A stretch of 63,422 nucleotides of DNA, filler included, from Nemertoderma westbladi (taxonomy: Eukaryota; Animalia; Xenacoelomorpha), in the NCBI GenBank assembly GCA_032718475.1. It is 3 parts of 3 records of this genome, joined end to end, with 100 filler letters (N's around TTAATTAATTAA, not from the genome) between each part and the next. Parts side by side here need not be neighbours in the genome. Positions count along the whole stretch, not along the records: positions 1 to 24,724 come from JAUCBJ010002684.1; positions 24,825 to 49,450 come from JAUCBJ010005540.1; 1 more part is not named here. One strand, 5' to 3'. This document shows positions 22,555 through 33,742 of this stretch, one piece after another. Made by a program: the position numbers and the translations under genes. Within the stretch, counting starts at the first letter, position 1; the number at the start of each line of letters is the position of its first letter. The notes beneath the pieces were generated by a model. That model was not told the DNA's origin. It worked only from the letters and a program-made list of their open reading frames with translations, and searched no databases.

Positions 22555-24252
22555 ATGGCTGCTGCAGCTCAGAGATTGCGGAAGAAGTTACCTCGTTTCA
22601 AGGTGACGTTCCCAAGTTCGGGTGCCCATAGAGTTACTGGACGGGCAACCTGCAGTACAGGGTGCTGTTGTGCGGTCCACCTCTTGGACGATACACTGGA
22701 TCCACTGCATATCGACTGCGAGAATCAGCTGAAGGGACAGTGGCTCCTGGACGAGGTCTGTAGGCACTTGGATCTTGTAGAGAAGGATTTCTTTGGCCTA
22801 AGATTCGTTGACGTAGATGGACAACGGCACTGGTTGGATTTGGGAAAACCGATTCAAAAACAGCTGAAGAAAACCCGCCCTTTCGCTTTCCACCTGCGTG
22901 TTAAATTCTATCCAGAATCCCCACAGCAACTCAAAGAGGAAATTACCAAATACATGATATTTCTTCAACTGAAACGCGATGTGGCTGGGGGTCGAATACG
23001 ACTCAACCTAACCAACGCCATTCACACCGGCGCCTGCATTCTACAAGAATGGTTCGGTGACTATGATGTAGAAGATCACCGTAAAAGTTACTCCAAACTT
23101 ATCACTATTATTCCGGATCAAGACAGTGACTACTACGATCAAATAGAAACTGTTCACGCCAAAGATATGAAGGGAATGTCACCTGAGGATTGTGAAAGCG
23201 CGTTGTTTTCTTGCTTGAAGGGACAGGAAAGTTATGGAATAGACCCTCATGAATCTCATGATGCGATGGGTCGTCCTGTTCATATTGGTTTTAATTACAA
23301 CGGCATGGCGGTTTTTAGTAAGGCGATTCGGTTGACATACCACTCGTGGGGAACAATACTTCGCTTCGACTATTCGAAAAATCAGTTCGAGGTGTGCCTG
23401 GCGGTTCCTGCTACGGGTGAACTGGCGGTTAGCAAAACGTGGATAAAGTACTACTGCGACACTCAAGGGGGTGCGAAACATCTCTGGCAGTGCGGCGTAG
23501 AGTGTTTGGCCTTCTTTACGGCGCCGTCTTCCTATTCTGTGAGCGTTAAGAGGGGTGGTCGTACGGTTGGACGACTTCCTATACGCACATCGAGTTTACG
23601 CTTTTCGGGCTCGACGTTAAGAGAGATAAACAGCCGTATGACGCCTCTACGTCGCGGTTCAACCCCCCTGCTGGTGTCTCGGTCCGGGTCTCTGAGGCGC
23701 CAGTCTAGGTCGTCTTCTTCAATGTTAGATGGAGATTCCTTCGGGAGTAAAATATCTTCAGGTTACCTTTCAGAAGACACCGCCGCTTCTGCGGATAGTA
23801 ATCACGTGTTTAGAAGACGCACTAAGGCCGACGACGTGGATGCTGTATTTGACAAGGATACTCCTACAACTGACCCCACTCCCAATGCGAAACCTGGGAT
23901 TTCTATTCCATTCGTAGTTGGCGCTACAAGTGAAAGCAAACCCGATGACAATGCGAACAACCCAAAGATTAAGGAACACCGAGTGTCAAAAGTAGACGAA
24001 AATCATAAGTTAACTATTTCCAATAACAGGCGTTCTTTTTTTACTCGTAAACGTCTGTTCTACTTAACTTTTATCCTACTCTTACACATTGTAGTTGTTG
24101 CCATATTAATCCTGGAAAGGGATTTGGGGTTGGATTCGGCCTGGATTCAGTCGTTACGAGAGAAGGAGTCCATTGTTATGGTCAACCAAAGTTATTATCA
24201 GCCATGCCGTGATTGGGTCGTACGATTGGCTCGGAATATATTTCAAACTTGA
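22555..24252 (+). CDS. FERM-domain protein with C-terminal transmembrane helix (FRMD3/FRMD5-like), 565 aa, single exon
   Basis: LLDD, EKDFFGLRF, HWLD, RVKFYP..P..LKEEITKY..FLQ, YGID.H, AKHLW..VE...FF, SSLRFSG; hydrophobic LFYLTFILLLHIVVVAILIL. Confidence 0.9.
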   Translation: MAAAAQRLRKKLPRFKVTFPSSGAHRVTGRATCSTGCCCAVHLLDDTLDPLHIDCENQLKGQWLLDEVCRHLDLVEKDFFGLRFVDVDGQRHWLDLGKPIQKQLKKTRPFAFHLRVKFYPESPQQLKEEITKYMIFLQLKRDVAGGRIRLNLTNAIHTGACILQEWFGDYDVEDHRKSYSKLITIIPDQDSDYYDQIETVHAKDMKGMSPEDCESALFSCLKGQESYGIDPHESHDAMGRPVHIGFNYNGMAVFSKAIRLTYHSWGTILRFDYSKNQFEVCLAVPATGELAVSKTWIKYYCDTQGGAKHLWQCGVECLAFFTAPSSYSVSVKRGGRTVGRLPIRTSSLRFSGSTLREINSRMTPLRRGSTPLLVSRSGSLRRQSRSSSSMLDGDSFGSKISSGYLSEDTAASADSNHVFRRRTKADDVDAVFDKDTPTTDPTPNAKPGISIPFVVGATSESKPDDNANNPKIKEHRVSKVDENHKLTISNNRRSFFTRKRLFYLTFILLLHIVVVAILILERDLGLDSAWIQSLREKESIVMVNQSYYQPCRDWVVRLARNIFQT

Positions 24253-24430
24253 TATGCAGACGGTCGACACTATTATTTAGATACTTATTTATTATTTCAA
24301 CTAATTTTTTCTACCATGTTTATATACTTTTTTTCACTATTGTTTAATTGGATGTTTTACTGATTATAGGTTCATATATTTTTTATTTGTAATTTTTTAC
24401 TGCTTTCAACATTTTAAAGCTGCTAGATAT

Positions 24431-24724
24431 GAGGCCATGTATTAGTTATTATTATTATTGAGGCCATGTATTAGTTATTATTATTATTGAGGCCATGTAT
24501 TAGTTATTATTATTATTGAGGCCATGTATTAGTTATTATTATTATTGAGGCCATGTATTAGTTATTATTATTATCGAGGCCATGTATTAGTTATTATTAT
24601 TATCGAGGCCCAGTATTAGTTATTATTATTATTGAGGCCCAGTATTAGTTATTATTATTATTGAGGCCCAGTATTAGTTATTATTATTATTGAGGCCCAG
24701 TATTAGTTATTATTATTATTGAGG
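24431..24724. repeat. 29-bp tandem repeat GAGGCC(ATGT/CAGT)ATTAGTT(ATT)4, ~10 copies, cut by the gap
   Basis: Read directly; the variant switches from CCATGT to CCCAGT partway through. Confidence 0.9.
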
Positions 24725-24824
24725 NNNNNNNNNNNNNNNNNNNNNNNNNNNNNNNNNNNNNNNNNNNNTTAATTAATTAANNNNNNNNNNNNNNNNNNNN
24801 NNNNNNNNNNNNNNNNNNNNNNNN
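24725..24824. other. Artificial assembly linker (44 N + TTAATTAATTAA + 44 N)
   Basis: Exactly 100 bp; the core has stops in all six frames; an identical linker occurs at 49451. Confidence 0.95.
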
Positions 24825-25666
24825 TTAGGTAACAGTTTATACTTTCGATAATTCAAGCAGTTTACGGTACAGCAGTATCTATCCAAAAATGCCGGTGTTT
24901 CTGGCTTAGACAGCAATAACAACAAAGTAACAACTCTAAAACAGTAAGACTGAACACTCTCCTTATGATCGGCAGAAAAGCTACACGTCGACAGGAAAAA
25001 CCGCCCTGATTGGCCCAAGCCAAACAAAGAACCACGCGGCCAATGGCTGTTTCCATGTCAGCAACCAGCTGCTAGATGTCGTAATATGAATCATCACGGC
25101 TAAGCTGTGAAAGGTGGTTGGTGCATTACAAGTTTTTGTCTTACCATGTCCACTAAAACACGTATATAGCAGAATTACTTTTATGTCCGTTAAAACCCCT
25201 GTAAAGGTACCTTGCGGGCGAGGGGAATATATATACAGTTAGAAAACCTTTTTTAGAGTATTCCAGCGCCTGGGGGGGAACTGGCCAGCAAAGGCAAACG
25301 TATCAGTTATCCCACAAAAGCTTTTACAAGTAAATTAAGGGTGCATGTAAAGAGCGGACTGCGGACTGCGGACTACGGACTGCGGATTGTCAATTAAAAG
25401 CTCAAATATGCGCGGTCAATTTGAATTATAGCATTATAATGTAAGAATCCGCTCTTTGTTGTCTGGACAAACGGCGGACTGAAGCCAGAAAATTGTAACC
25501 TGATTGGCTCAATCATTTACATAGGCCCAAAGGGAACTTTCCTGAATCCTCTTATTGGCTTAAATGTTTTCATTGTGACACAGAGATGGAAACTTATTAT
25601 TTTGAAAACCTATTATGTAGGCAGTAGGAAGAACTCTTGAACTTTCAATAAAATCTCTCGGGTTAA

Positions 25667-25802
25667 GGCCGGTTCACTCTTTTAAGCATGATTCATTCGT
25701 AACTCTACTTTGGATGAAGACTTTGGGACTACTGTAGTACTGTATGTACTTCTGCTGCCGAAGCAGAGTTACGCTTATTGCTTAAAGGTGTGAACCGCGA
25801 CC
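25667..25802. mobile_element. Small degenerate MITE (PIF/Harbinger-like termini)
   Basis: Imperfect inverted ends AGGCCGGTTCAC..TTTAAGCA and TGCTTAAA..GTGAACCGCGACCT. Confidence 0.35.
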
Positions 25803-26052
25803 TTATGAGATATTCCTTGTTTGCTTGTTACTGCCACTATTATGTCTCTGTTAGTTGAAACAAAATTGGAACATAATTGAAACATATTAGTCGTACATAC
25901 TAGCAGACTAGTAGTGAAACATTATTTTTCCAAGATTGACCGACTTATTAGCGTTCAAACATTTCCGACGATGACAACGACAGACGGGTCCACCACTTAT
26001 ACCCATATGCTAAGGCTCACCTGGACTTACGTTGCTCGCTCCACAGTTAATC

Positions 26053-26329
26053 GCCCATGTGAAGAATACCAGGATTTCACTTTTCGGTCGACTTTTTATT
26101 GGAATTTTATATATGAAGATTATTTATTTTTTTTAATTTATCTTTATTAAGTGTTTTATATCGCTTATTTCTGTCTTATAACCTGTACATATACTAATTC
26201 GTTTATTGTTTTGGTTAGATTCAGCCCTTCTGTAACCTGTATATTTGGTGAAAACCTGGTATTCTTCACCTGGGAGTAACTGCAAAGTGAAATATAACGG
26301 CAGAAAGTCTGGTATACTTCACATGGGCC
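26053..26329. mobile_element. ~280-bp MULE-like MITE, copy 1 (nested in 25339-27039)
   Basis: TIR GCCCATGTGAAG(A/T)ATACCAG; CAGTTAATC duplicated at 26044-52 and 26330-38; second copy at 61480. Confidence 0.9.
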
Positions 26330-27529
26330 CAGTTAATCGTATGTCAGTGTCAGATATGTAGGATATCACAGCCCACAATAAAAAAGCATTAAAAAAAGCA
26401 CTAGCCGATCAGGTGTTCGTGGTTTTCATTTTAAGGCTGTCATAAAAATTTGGACAGAATTAAATGCCAGTAATTAGATGCGTCCTATTGGATGCTATTT
26501 ATAGATCCACACCCCTTTTCTTTGCCCCTCTTCCCCCTTTTCTTACGCTCTCTTACCCCCAGCACAGAGAAGATCTTCCCCCAGCTCCTGCGCTTAGGAT
26601 GTCCGAATATTCGCTCTTTTATACAGTATTTGCGAACAGACAACTGTGACATAAACTCTAAAGGCAGGAAGTATATAAAAATATTTATTGAAATAAATAA
26701 TCTGAAAATCCGTAGAATGTTGATTATATAGTAGGCCCTTAATCAACAGTCCACCTAATTACTGTATAGGATAATTATTTCCTGTATTACAGTGTTGCAC
26801 AATGGTAAACATTTAAAAGCCAAATGGGATGATTCATTCTTTAAGTTACCTTTCAGCTTCAGCCTATGTACATGATTGAGCCAATCAGGTTACAATTTAC
26901 CGGCTTCAGTCCGCCATTTGTCCAGACAACAAAGAGCGGATTCTCAGTTTGGAAGTCGATAATTCAAATTGACCGCGCGGATTTTGGCAATCCCCAGTCC
27001 GTAGTCCGCCAGTCCGCAGTCCGCTCTTTACATGCACCCGTAAATTAATTGTTCATGATAAAATAAATAAATATATAAGTGATCAGCTGATTCTGGATGT
27101 AAAGTGCAAACTGCCAAGTCTGCATGTGCCAACATACAGACATACTGATACTGAAGTACAGAGTAAGGCTGCCTGGACGGCCATGGCTGCATGGTACTGC
27201 AGTACCGGTAGTCCTACTGCTGTACTGTGTGCACTGGTAGAGTAGGAGAGTGGTCAGGTGGAACCGTACCAGTACTGCTATACTCTGCTGCAGTGCTGCA
27301 GTGAGCAGTGATGCAGTTCAGCAGATGGTATCGCAATTGACAGATTGAGGACTAACGTGTTTCAGGGCCTCCACCAACTACAGAACTACCTGCCAGCCTG
27401 CCTGCCTGCTGCCTGCAGTAGGCCTAGCCAGACAGTGTGCTACAGTAGCAGTCAGGCAGTACCGGTACTGTCAGACTGTAGTTGGTAGTACTGGTGCAGT
27501 GTTGACCGTTGGTGTTGGACCATGGCCGA

Positions 27530-27865
27530 ACAAGGGATTTGTATAACAGGGTCAGAGGGTAAACATCGGAGCTTCCCAATATGTAAAAGTTCTTCGTAAT
27601 AAATATGTCGCATATGGCATGGGCTGCAGTCTGTGCAGTGAGTTGTGCTTGTGAAGGACAAGTTTGGTGTAAATGTAATTCCCAAATCACGTTCCTCGGT
27701 TGCCGATAAAAGTGTCCGTCCATTCATTTTGTAAAAAGTTGCTTGGGGATTTCTAGAACCTAGATGCATGACCTTGCACTTGGAGTCATTGAACTGAGGA
27801 CTGCAATTTCCAATGGTTACAACATTCCACCAGCGTCTAGATCAACTTGTAAGGCCTGTGTGTCA
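27530..27865 (-). pseudogene. Degraded CR1-type RT C-terminal fragment
   Basis: SKCKVMHLGSRNP...EERDLGITF..NLSF; LLYKSLVRP in a shifted frame. Confidence 0.75.
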
Positions 27866-28853
27866 GTAATAAATTGTTTCATTATCAATAGTGCCATTGC
27901 CATAGTATAAATAAGGCGTTTTGTTTTATTCATTGTTCAACTTTATCCTGTTTTATTATGTGCCGTTTTATTTATTCGCTTCAATGACAGCGGTGTCTCC
28001 ATCCAAATAATATAATACCGGTACTGTAATATAATATAAATATAGCTTATACAATACAGCAATATGTAAATAAATAAACTGACTAACCAATAGCAATTTA
28101 GACTGATCAGCTGATAGCTGGGACTGTCTGACTGTGGTAGCCAGGATAGCCTACCTGCCTACTTCATAACAGCATAAGGCTAAATACTTAGGCCTAGGCC
28201 TAAATAAATGACCAGTTGCAATCAGCCAGTGTGAGTTTCCGTTCTGCCTCATGCATGTCCAGTTGGTTTTATTGTGTTCAGGTGTTGCTGTGCTGTTGGT
28301 CTGATGAACGCATGTCTGCTGTCGAGTCGTGCTCTGTCTCAGTCTCACTATCTGCCTGGTGCTAGGTTCGGCTGATTTATGCGCCAGGCAAATATGTACG
28401 CCGGGTGTGCTGGGCTGATTCCTGCTCCGGCGCCGGGTCAATTTCTGCAGCGACAACGCCGGGAATATTTCGACGCCTGCTGCGCCGAGCGCAGCATCTC
28501 TGTCATTGTGAGTGCTCCGCCGGCTACGCCGGCATAGCACATTTCTGCGCCGACCCTTCCGGCTCATTACCCGGCGTAGCACATTTCTGCGCCAGCTCCC
28601 GGCGCAAGTTCTAGTGCTGCGCCGAACGTGTTCGGCGTACATGTAATACTTTTCAATAGGGGCTACCGGTACTGCTAAGAGTTTTATTAATTCGGGCCCA
28701 GCCCAGACTGTCTGATTGTCCTCTGGTCCTGTCGTAGGCTTAGTTTTATTTCTGTAACTCCCTAGCCCTGTAGCCAGCTTCAGTGTTCAGCTAGCAGCCT
28801 AACGCCCACGGCCCAACGCCAGAACGCTATTGGTCAGCAGCCGGAGTGCCGGC

Positions 28854-29459
28854 CAGGCTGCAAATGGAGTGCAAAAATCGCAACTCGTTGTGCGCGGTTT
28901 TGAAATAGTGCGCGGTAAAAGTGCGCGGAATTAAAATAAAAGTGCGCGGAATTGTGAGAAAAACACCAAAAGTGCGCGGTAATCTGTGCATAATATTAAA
29001 AGTCATAAAGTGCGCTGATGAGGTGTAAAAAAGTTATAGTGTGTGTGCAAAACTGCAATTTAATGAGAAAAATAATTAGCCTTAAAAAATTTCACTCGCT
29101 TTGCTCGCGTTTCTTTTCCATTTTGCATTGTTAAAATAAAAAAATTTCACTTGCTTCTCTCGCGTTTTTTTTTCATTTTAACCCTACTGACCTACATGAT
29201 TCATTAAAAAATTTCACTCGCTTCGCTCGCGTTTTGTTTTCATTTTACATTGCTTAAATTAATTTTTTATTTCTTTACGTTAATATACAGTAATAAACTG
29301 ATAAATATCGGTAATACTTTTATTTATTTATTCGTATGTTTGTGTGAATTGAATTGTTTTTCAGCTTGGTGTGCGCGTTTTTTCAGTCCATGTGCGGTAT
29401 ATTGTCAGATATTGCGCGGCTGAAAAATTGTGCGCGGTTCAGTGGTGGTTTGCAGCCTG
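28854..29459. mobile_element. hAT-like non-autonomous element
   Basis: 11-bp TIR CAGGCTGCAAA; many subterminal GTGCGCGG motifs; three AAATTTCACT(C/T)GCTT..CTCGCG repeats; TSD not intact. Confidence 0.6.
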
Positions 29460-29562
29460 GTATGTCGGTAGGCCTAGGCCTAGCGAAAGTACCGGTCTGC
29501 ATACTGGACATGAATCAAAGTTTTTATTTTATTTTTATTATTATCACTCTATGTATTTATAA

Positions 29563-32176
29563 AAATTAAATTAAAAGTACATGAGGAGAGAAAACAACCA
29601 GGTTATTAAAAATTAAACACTTATGGTTGCCCGAGCAGGCTCTAAAATTACACAAAAATACAGAAATATATTCTACAAAATAAAATTAAAATTAACGCAA
29701 CAATGTCATAGTCTACGAATTTCTGAAAATTGATAAAAAAAAAATAATAAATAAATTTGGTGCAGTGAATAAAGATATCCTATTTACATTCAAAATAAAA
29801 AAGCATAAAACGGTGCAGTAGAATAGACAGAAGCAGTGCTGAAAATATAAAATCAAATAAATACAAGGGTACAGTAAACAGTAAGCTATGTGCAATAAAA
29901 TATTCACAATAAAAATTGATTGTTATGATTCACAAAAATAATAAAAAAAAAAATAAAAATATGCGCATGTTTACAAATTTCTATTAAATTTACAAAAAGA
30001 TAGCAGGTCAAGGTCTTTAAGCTTTTTGGAAAATAAAAATTTACTTTCAGTATTGACAGTTTCCGATGGGAGCCAGTTCCAAATTGGAACTACTCGGTGG
30101 GCAAAATTATTCTTGCACATTAGAAGCCTCGACTGTTTATGGTAGAGTTTAAGCTCGTGACCTCTAAGTCCAGCTCTCGGCGCAATAGTGAAGAAATCGT
30201 TCAAATTTAAGTCGATATTACTGTAAACTATAGAATGTGCCATTTTTAAGTCAAAAATAACACGGCGCACTTCGAGAGGTTGTAGTTTTAATATCCTAAT
30301 CCTATCTAAATAACCTACAGGTTCCAAATTGCACCGTCGAAAAAGTCGGCGCGTAAAATATCTTTGTACACGCTCAAGGAGATCAATTGCTCCAACATGA
30401 TAGGGCGACCAAACAGAGGTGCAATATTCTAATAAAGGTCGTACATAGGATTTAAAAGCAGTGAGAAAGGCACGAGTATTATTTGTACAGAAGCATCTGA
30501 AAATAATATTTACAATCTTGAACGCCTTGGAAACTTGTTCACGACAATATAGGTTAAAATTTAAGTCACTGCACATGGTAATGTGGAATGCGAATGTGAA
30601 TATGTGGTAATATGGCAACTTAACATCATCAGCGAACAAATTACACGTCACAAAATGCACCACATCTGGTAAGTCGTTAATAAAAATTATAAACAACATC
30701 GGCCCTAATACTGTTCCTTGAGGAGTGCCCGAAATGACGTCACATACGGTAGAAAAGGCATTACCAACAACAACTTGTTGAGTTCGATTCGTTAAAAAAG
30801 CTGTGAACCATAATATAAGATTCCCAGAAATCCCATAACTGGCTAATTTAGCGATAAGTTTACTGTGCACCACCGAATCAAAAGCCTTAGAGAAATCAAT
30901 ATACACTACATCTATACTCTTTCTTTTATCTAGTAAATTGCACCATTCATTAACACAGTTCAATAGTTGGGTACAGGTCGAACGTTTTTTCAGGAAACCA
31001 TGCTGTGCCTTGTTTATAAGTTTGTGCAAATATAAATACGATAACAATTCATCTTTAATGCACAATTCCATTACTTTACATGCTATGCAAGTAAGTGAAA
31101 CAGGCCTGTAATTATAAGGGTCGGAAGCATCATTTTTCTTATACACAGGTACAACATATGCTGTCAACCAAATAGTAGGTAAAGCATGGCTGATAAAAGA
31201 AACCTGAAAAATAACCGATAATGGGGCAGCAAGACACGATGCAAGTTTTGAATACAAAAAGCTAGGAAAATTGTCTGGCGTTCGACTTGTTTTGGCACCA
31301 ATTTTATTTAGCACAGCAAATACATTTACTGGAGAAAAATCGATAGTAGACTTATTGGCATTTAATGGGGCTCGCCTTGCAAACATGGGAGTATTCCCAT
31401 TATCTACTGTAAAGTTTTCGGCGAAAACTTGGGAAAGAATATTAGCTTTCTCCAAGTCATCAACGACTGTAGCACCTTTGTATTTGAATGGGGAAATTCC
31501 TGATTTAAGATTACGTTTATTGTTTATGTAACTAAAAATGTCACTTAAATTACCAGATGAAAGAATGCGGTTTTCCCTAATGCAAGCAGCTCTAAAGGTA
31601 GCACGCGAGGCCGCTTTAGCACATTTTTTGTACTCCTTTTCACCATTGACAGTGTGGCGTCGCCGCCAAAGATGTTTCTTTTTACGTTGCAATAATCTTA
31701 CAAACTCAGGGAAAACGTTATTCTTCTTACTTTTACAAACATTAAAAGGTATAAATTTCTTAATACCATTACTAATGATTGCACCAAACCCATCTGCCAT
31801 CCCAAAAATCATTAACAGAGACACAATTTTCAAATAATAAATTCCAGTTAGTGTCATTTAAGTATTCAGAAAAACCTTCATAATTACCTTGTTTAAAATC
31901 ATAAAAACCAACATCGGATGTGGAATCAATACGATTAGATGATAAAATATTAAAAACAACAGTACTGTGGTCGCTAGTAGCAAACGGTTCAGTAACATCA
32001 ATACTTGAAATAAAAATATCCTCAGTACAAAATACAAGATCTAAGATATTATTACCCCTAGTGGGTTTCAATTGCAACTGTTTCAGACTGTTATCTAAAA
32101 AACATTCAGAAAATAAATTGTAAGTAGCATTATCTGGATGTGACATATTTTCCCAATCAATGTCTGGCAAGTTAAA
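29563..32176 (-). mobile_element. 5'-truncated, defective CR1-type LINE (partial APE + RT)
   Basis: PTRGNNILDLV, SDH, YRPVSLT, QHGF, DFSKAFD, PQG, FADD. Frameshift near 31790; deletion right after FADDVKL. Boundaries approximate. Confidence 0.85.
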
Positions 32177-32361
32177 GGTTAAAGTTCTGTCAAATTTCAA
32201 TAAACTCAAATTTCATACTGACCACAGAACCAAGGCCGCTAGTGATTGACACTGTCGCGGTGCATATTTCGGTCCCATTGCATTTGCTTACAATTAATTA
32301 TTTATATACAAGTGTAGTTTTATGTAGACTACACTGTCAGACTGTTTACACTTTTTGTAGG

Positions 32362-32504
32362 TATGCGTTTCTCACTCGTTTGTACTCTTTTGTAGGCCTA
32401 CTATTTTTGCACTCTTTTGTACTATTTTTGCACTTTATTGTACTCTTTTGTAGGCCTACTCTTTTGTACTATTTTGTACTTTTTTGTACAGATTCGTCGG
32501 ACCG
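32362..32504 (-). mobile_element. Solo TIR of the 2989-9005 family
   Basis: Reverse complement of ~2989-3145, ending GATTCGTCGGACCG; shares the TAGGCCTA insertion. Confidence 0.8.
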
Positions 32505-33357
32505 CGAATAGGCTTGTCTACGTACTGAAGTACTACCAAACTGAAGTATCTTCAGAGTTATGATATACATTGCAGCATTGTCTCTAGGCCATACAGCCAT
32601 ACTGCTGTACTGCCATAGAGTGATCGATTTAGGCGTATGGATATGCATGCAGCTACCAGTATGCTGTCACCGTAAAGGCGATTACATGTTCTGACAGTCT
32701 TAAAATTGAACAGACACAATTTTTGTTTGGTGGGTGATATTATTTCAGTTAATGCAACTTGTAAATGTACGGTATAGTTCTGTAGTTTAGTAGCACCAGT
32801 TGTTTGTCCCTAAGTTGTACAATGAATTTTATAGGGGTCTACCACGGTCTGACGGTCATAGATAGCACTACTACATACAGTCCAAAAAAATAATGCATAA
32901 ACCAAAAAGTAGGCCTATACCAGTATATAACAGCGGTATATATCAGCCTGATTATGCTGGGGCCGGACTTAAACATAAAATATTTTAATGGAAAGAAAAA
33001 AACAATGGTGCACGTAAATGTCTGATCATATTTATTATTAAGCTGTTAAGTATAAAAGTATAATAAAAAATATTGTGGTATTTGGGACATTTAGAGATTT
33101 AATGCAACATTATGTAAGATAGTACCGGTATATCAGTTAACTAACATTGTCAACGCGATTGTGACATTCTGCAGCATGAGCCGAAATTGCGCGTCATAAT
33201 AAACTTAATTTTCAATAATTTAGGGCAGTTTAAGTTGTTTTTACCGGTATGCCTATTGGTAGACAGGGATATATTTTTCAAGAATATTCGATTAGATATA
33301 ATAATTATATAAAGATTGTACCGGTATACTGAAGGTTATCGAGCAGTTCGATTTATC

Positions 33358-33545
33358 ATGCCACGAACGCGTAAACGTAACACATCGGGTGGTTCTTCCG
33401 GCTCCGAATCCGGTGCTAAGAAAACTCGTTCCGGAGTGCCGGATATCGTGGAGATATGCCAGGAGATTATAGATATGCTGCGACAGCATAGGGATGACAA
33501 AGGCCGGCTAATTACTGAAGCTCTACAAAAACTTCCTAATAAAAA
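33358..33545 (+). CDS. PBRM1: First coding exon of a polybromo-1/BAF180-like gene (start of bromodomain 1)
   Basis: MPRTRKR...DIVEICQEIIDMLRQHRDDKGRLITEALQKLPNK resembles the PBRM1 N-terminus (D...C.E....R...D..GRL..E....P.R); GT donor at 33546. Confidence 0.7.
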
Positions 33546-33742
33546 GTTGGTTTGTTATATTTTATTTCAAGTATTTTTACTAATAAATTGATGCCACGTA
33601 TCCCTGTCTGTTCTTACTGTAATATGTTTCGTTCATTACAGTAATCTTATGTGGTCCGTAAGTTGATGTGTAGGACATGGAAAATAATTGTACATTATTT
33701 CCAGTTATTATTACAGTAAGTATGCTTATTACCTGTAAGTAG

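Larger units (their letters stand above)
25339..27039. mobile_element. Non-autonomous MULE-like element, ~180-bp TIRs
   Basis: GGGTGCATGTAAAGAGCGGACTGCGGACT at both ends; 9-bp TSD GTAAATTAA at 25330-38 and 27040-48. Confidence 0.9.

Noticed and set aside
28151-28642. 163-aa Arg-rich ORF / GC-rich patch with a 10-bp inverted repeat (28394, 28633)
   Set aside because: No domain; internal GCACATTTCTGCGCC repeats suggest a non-coding repeat; no clear TSD.
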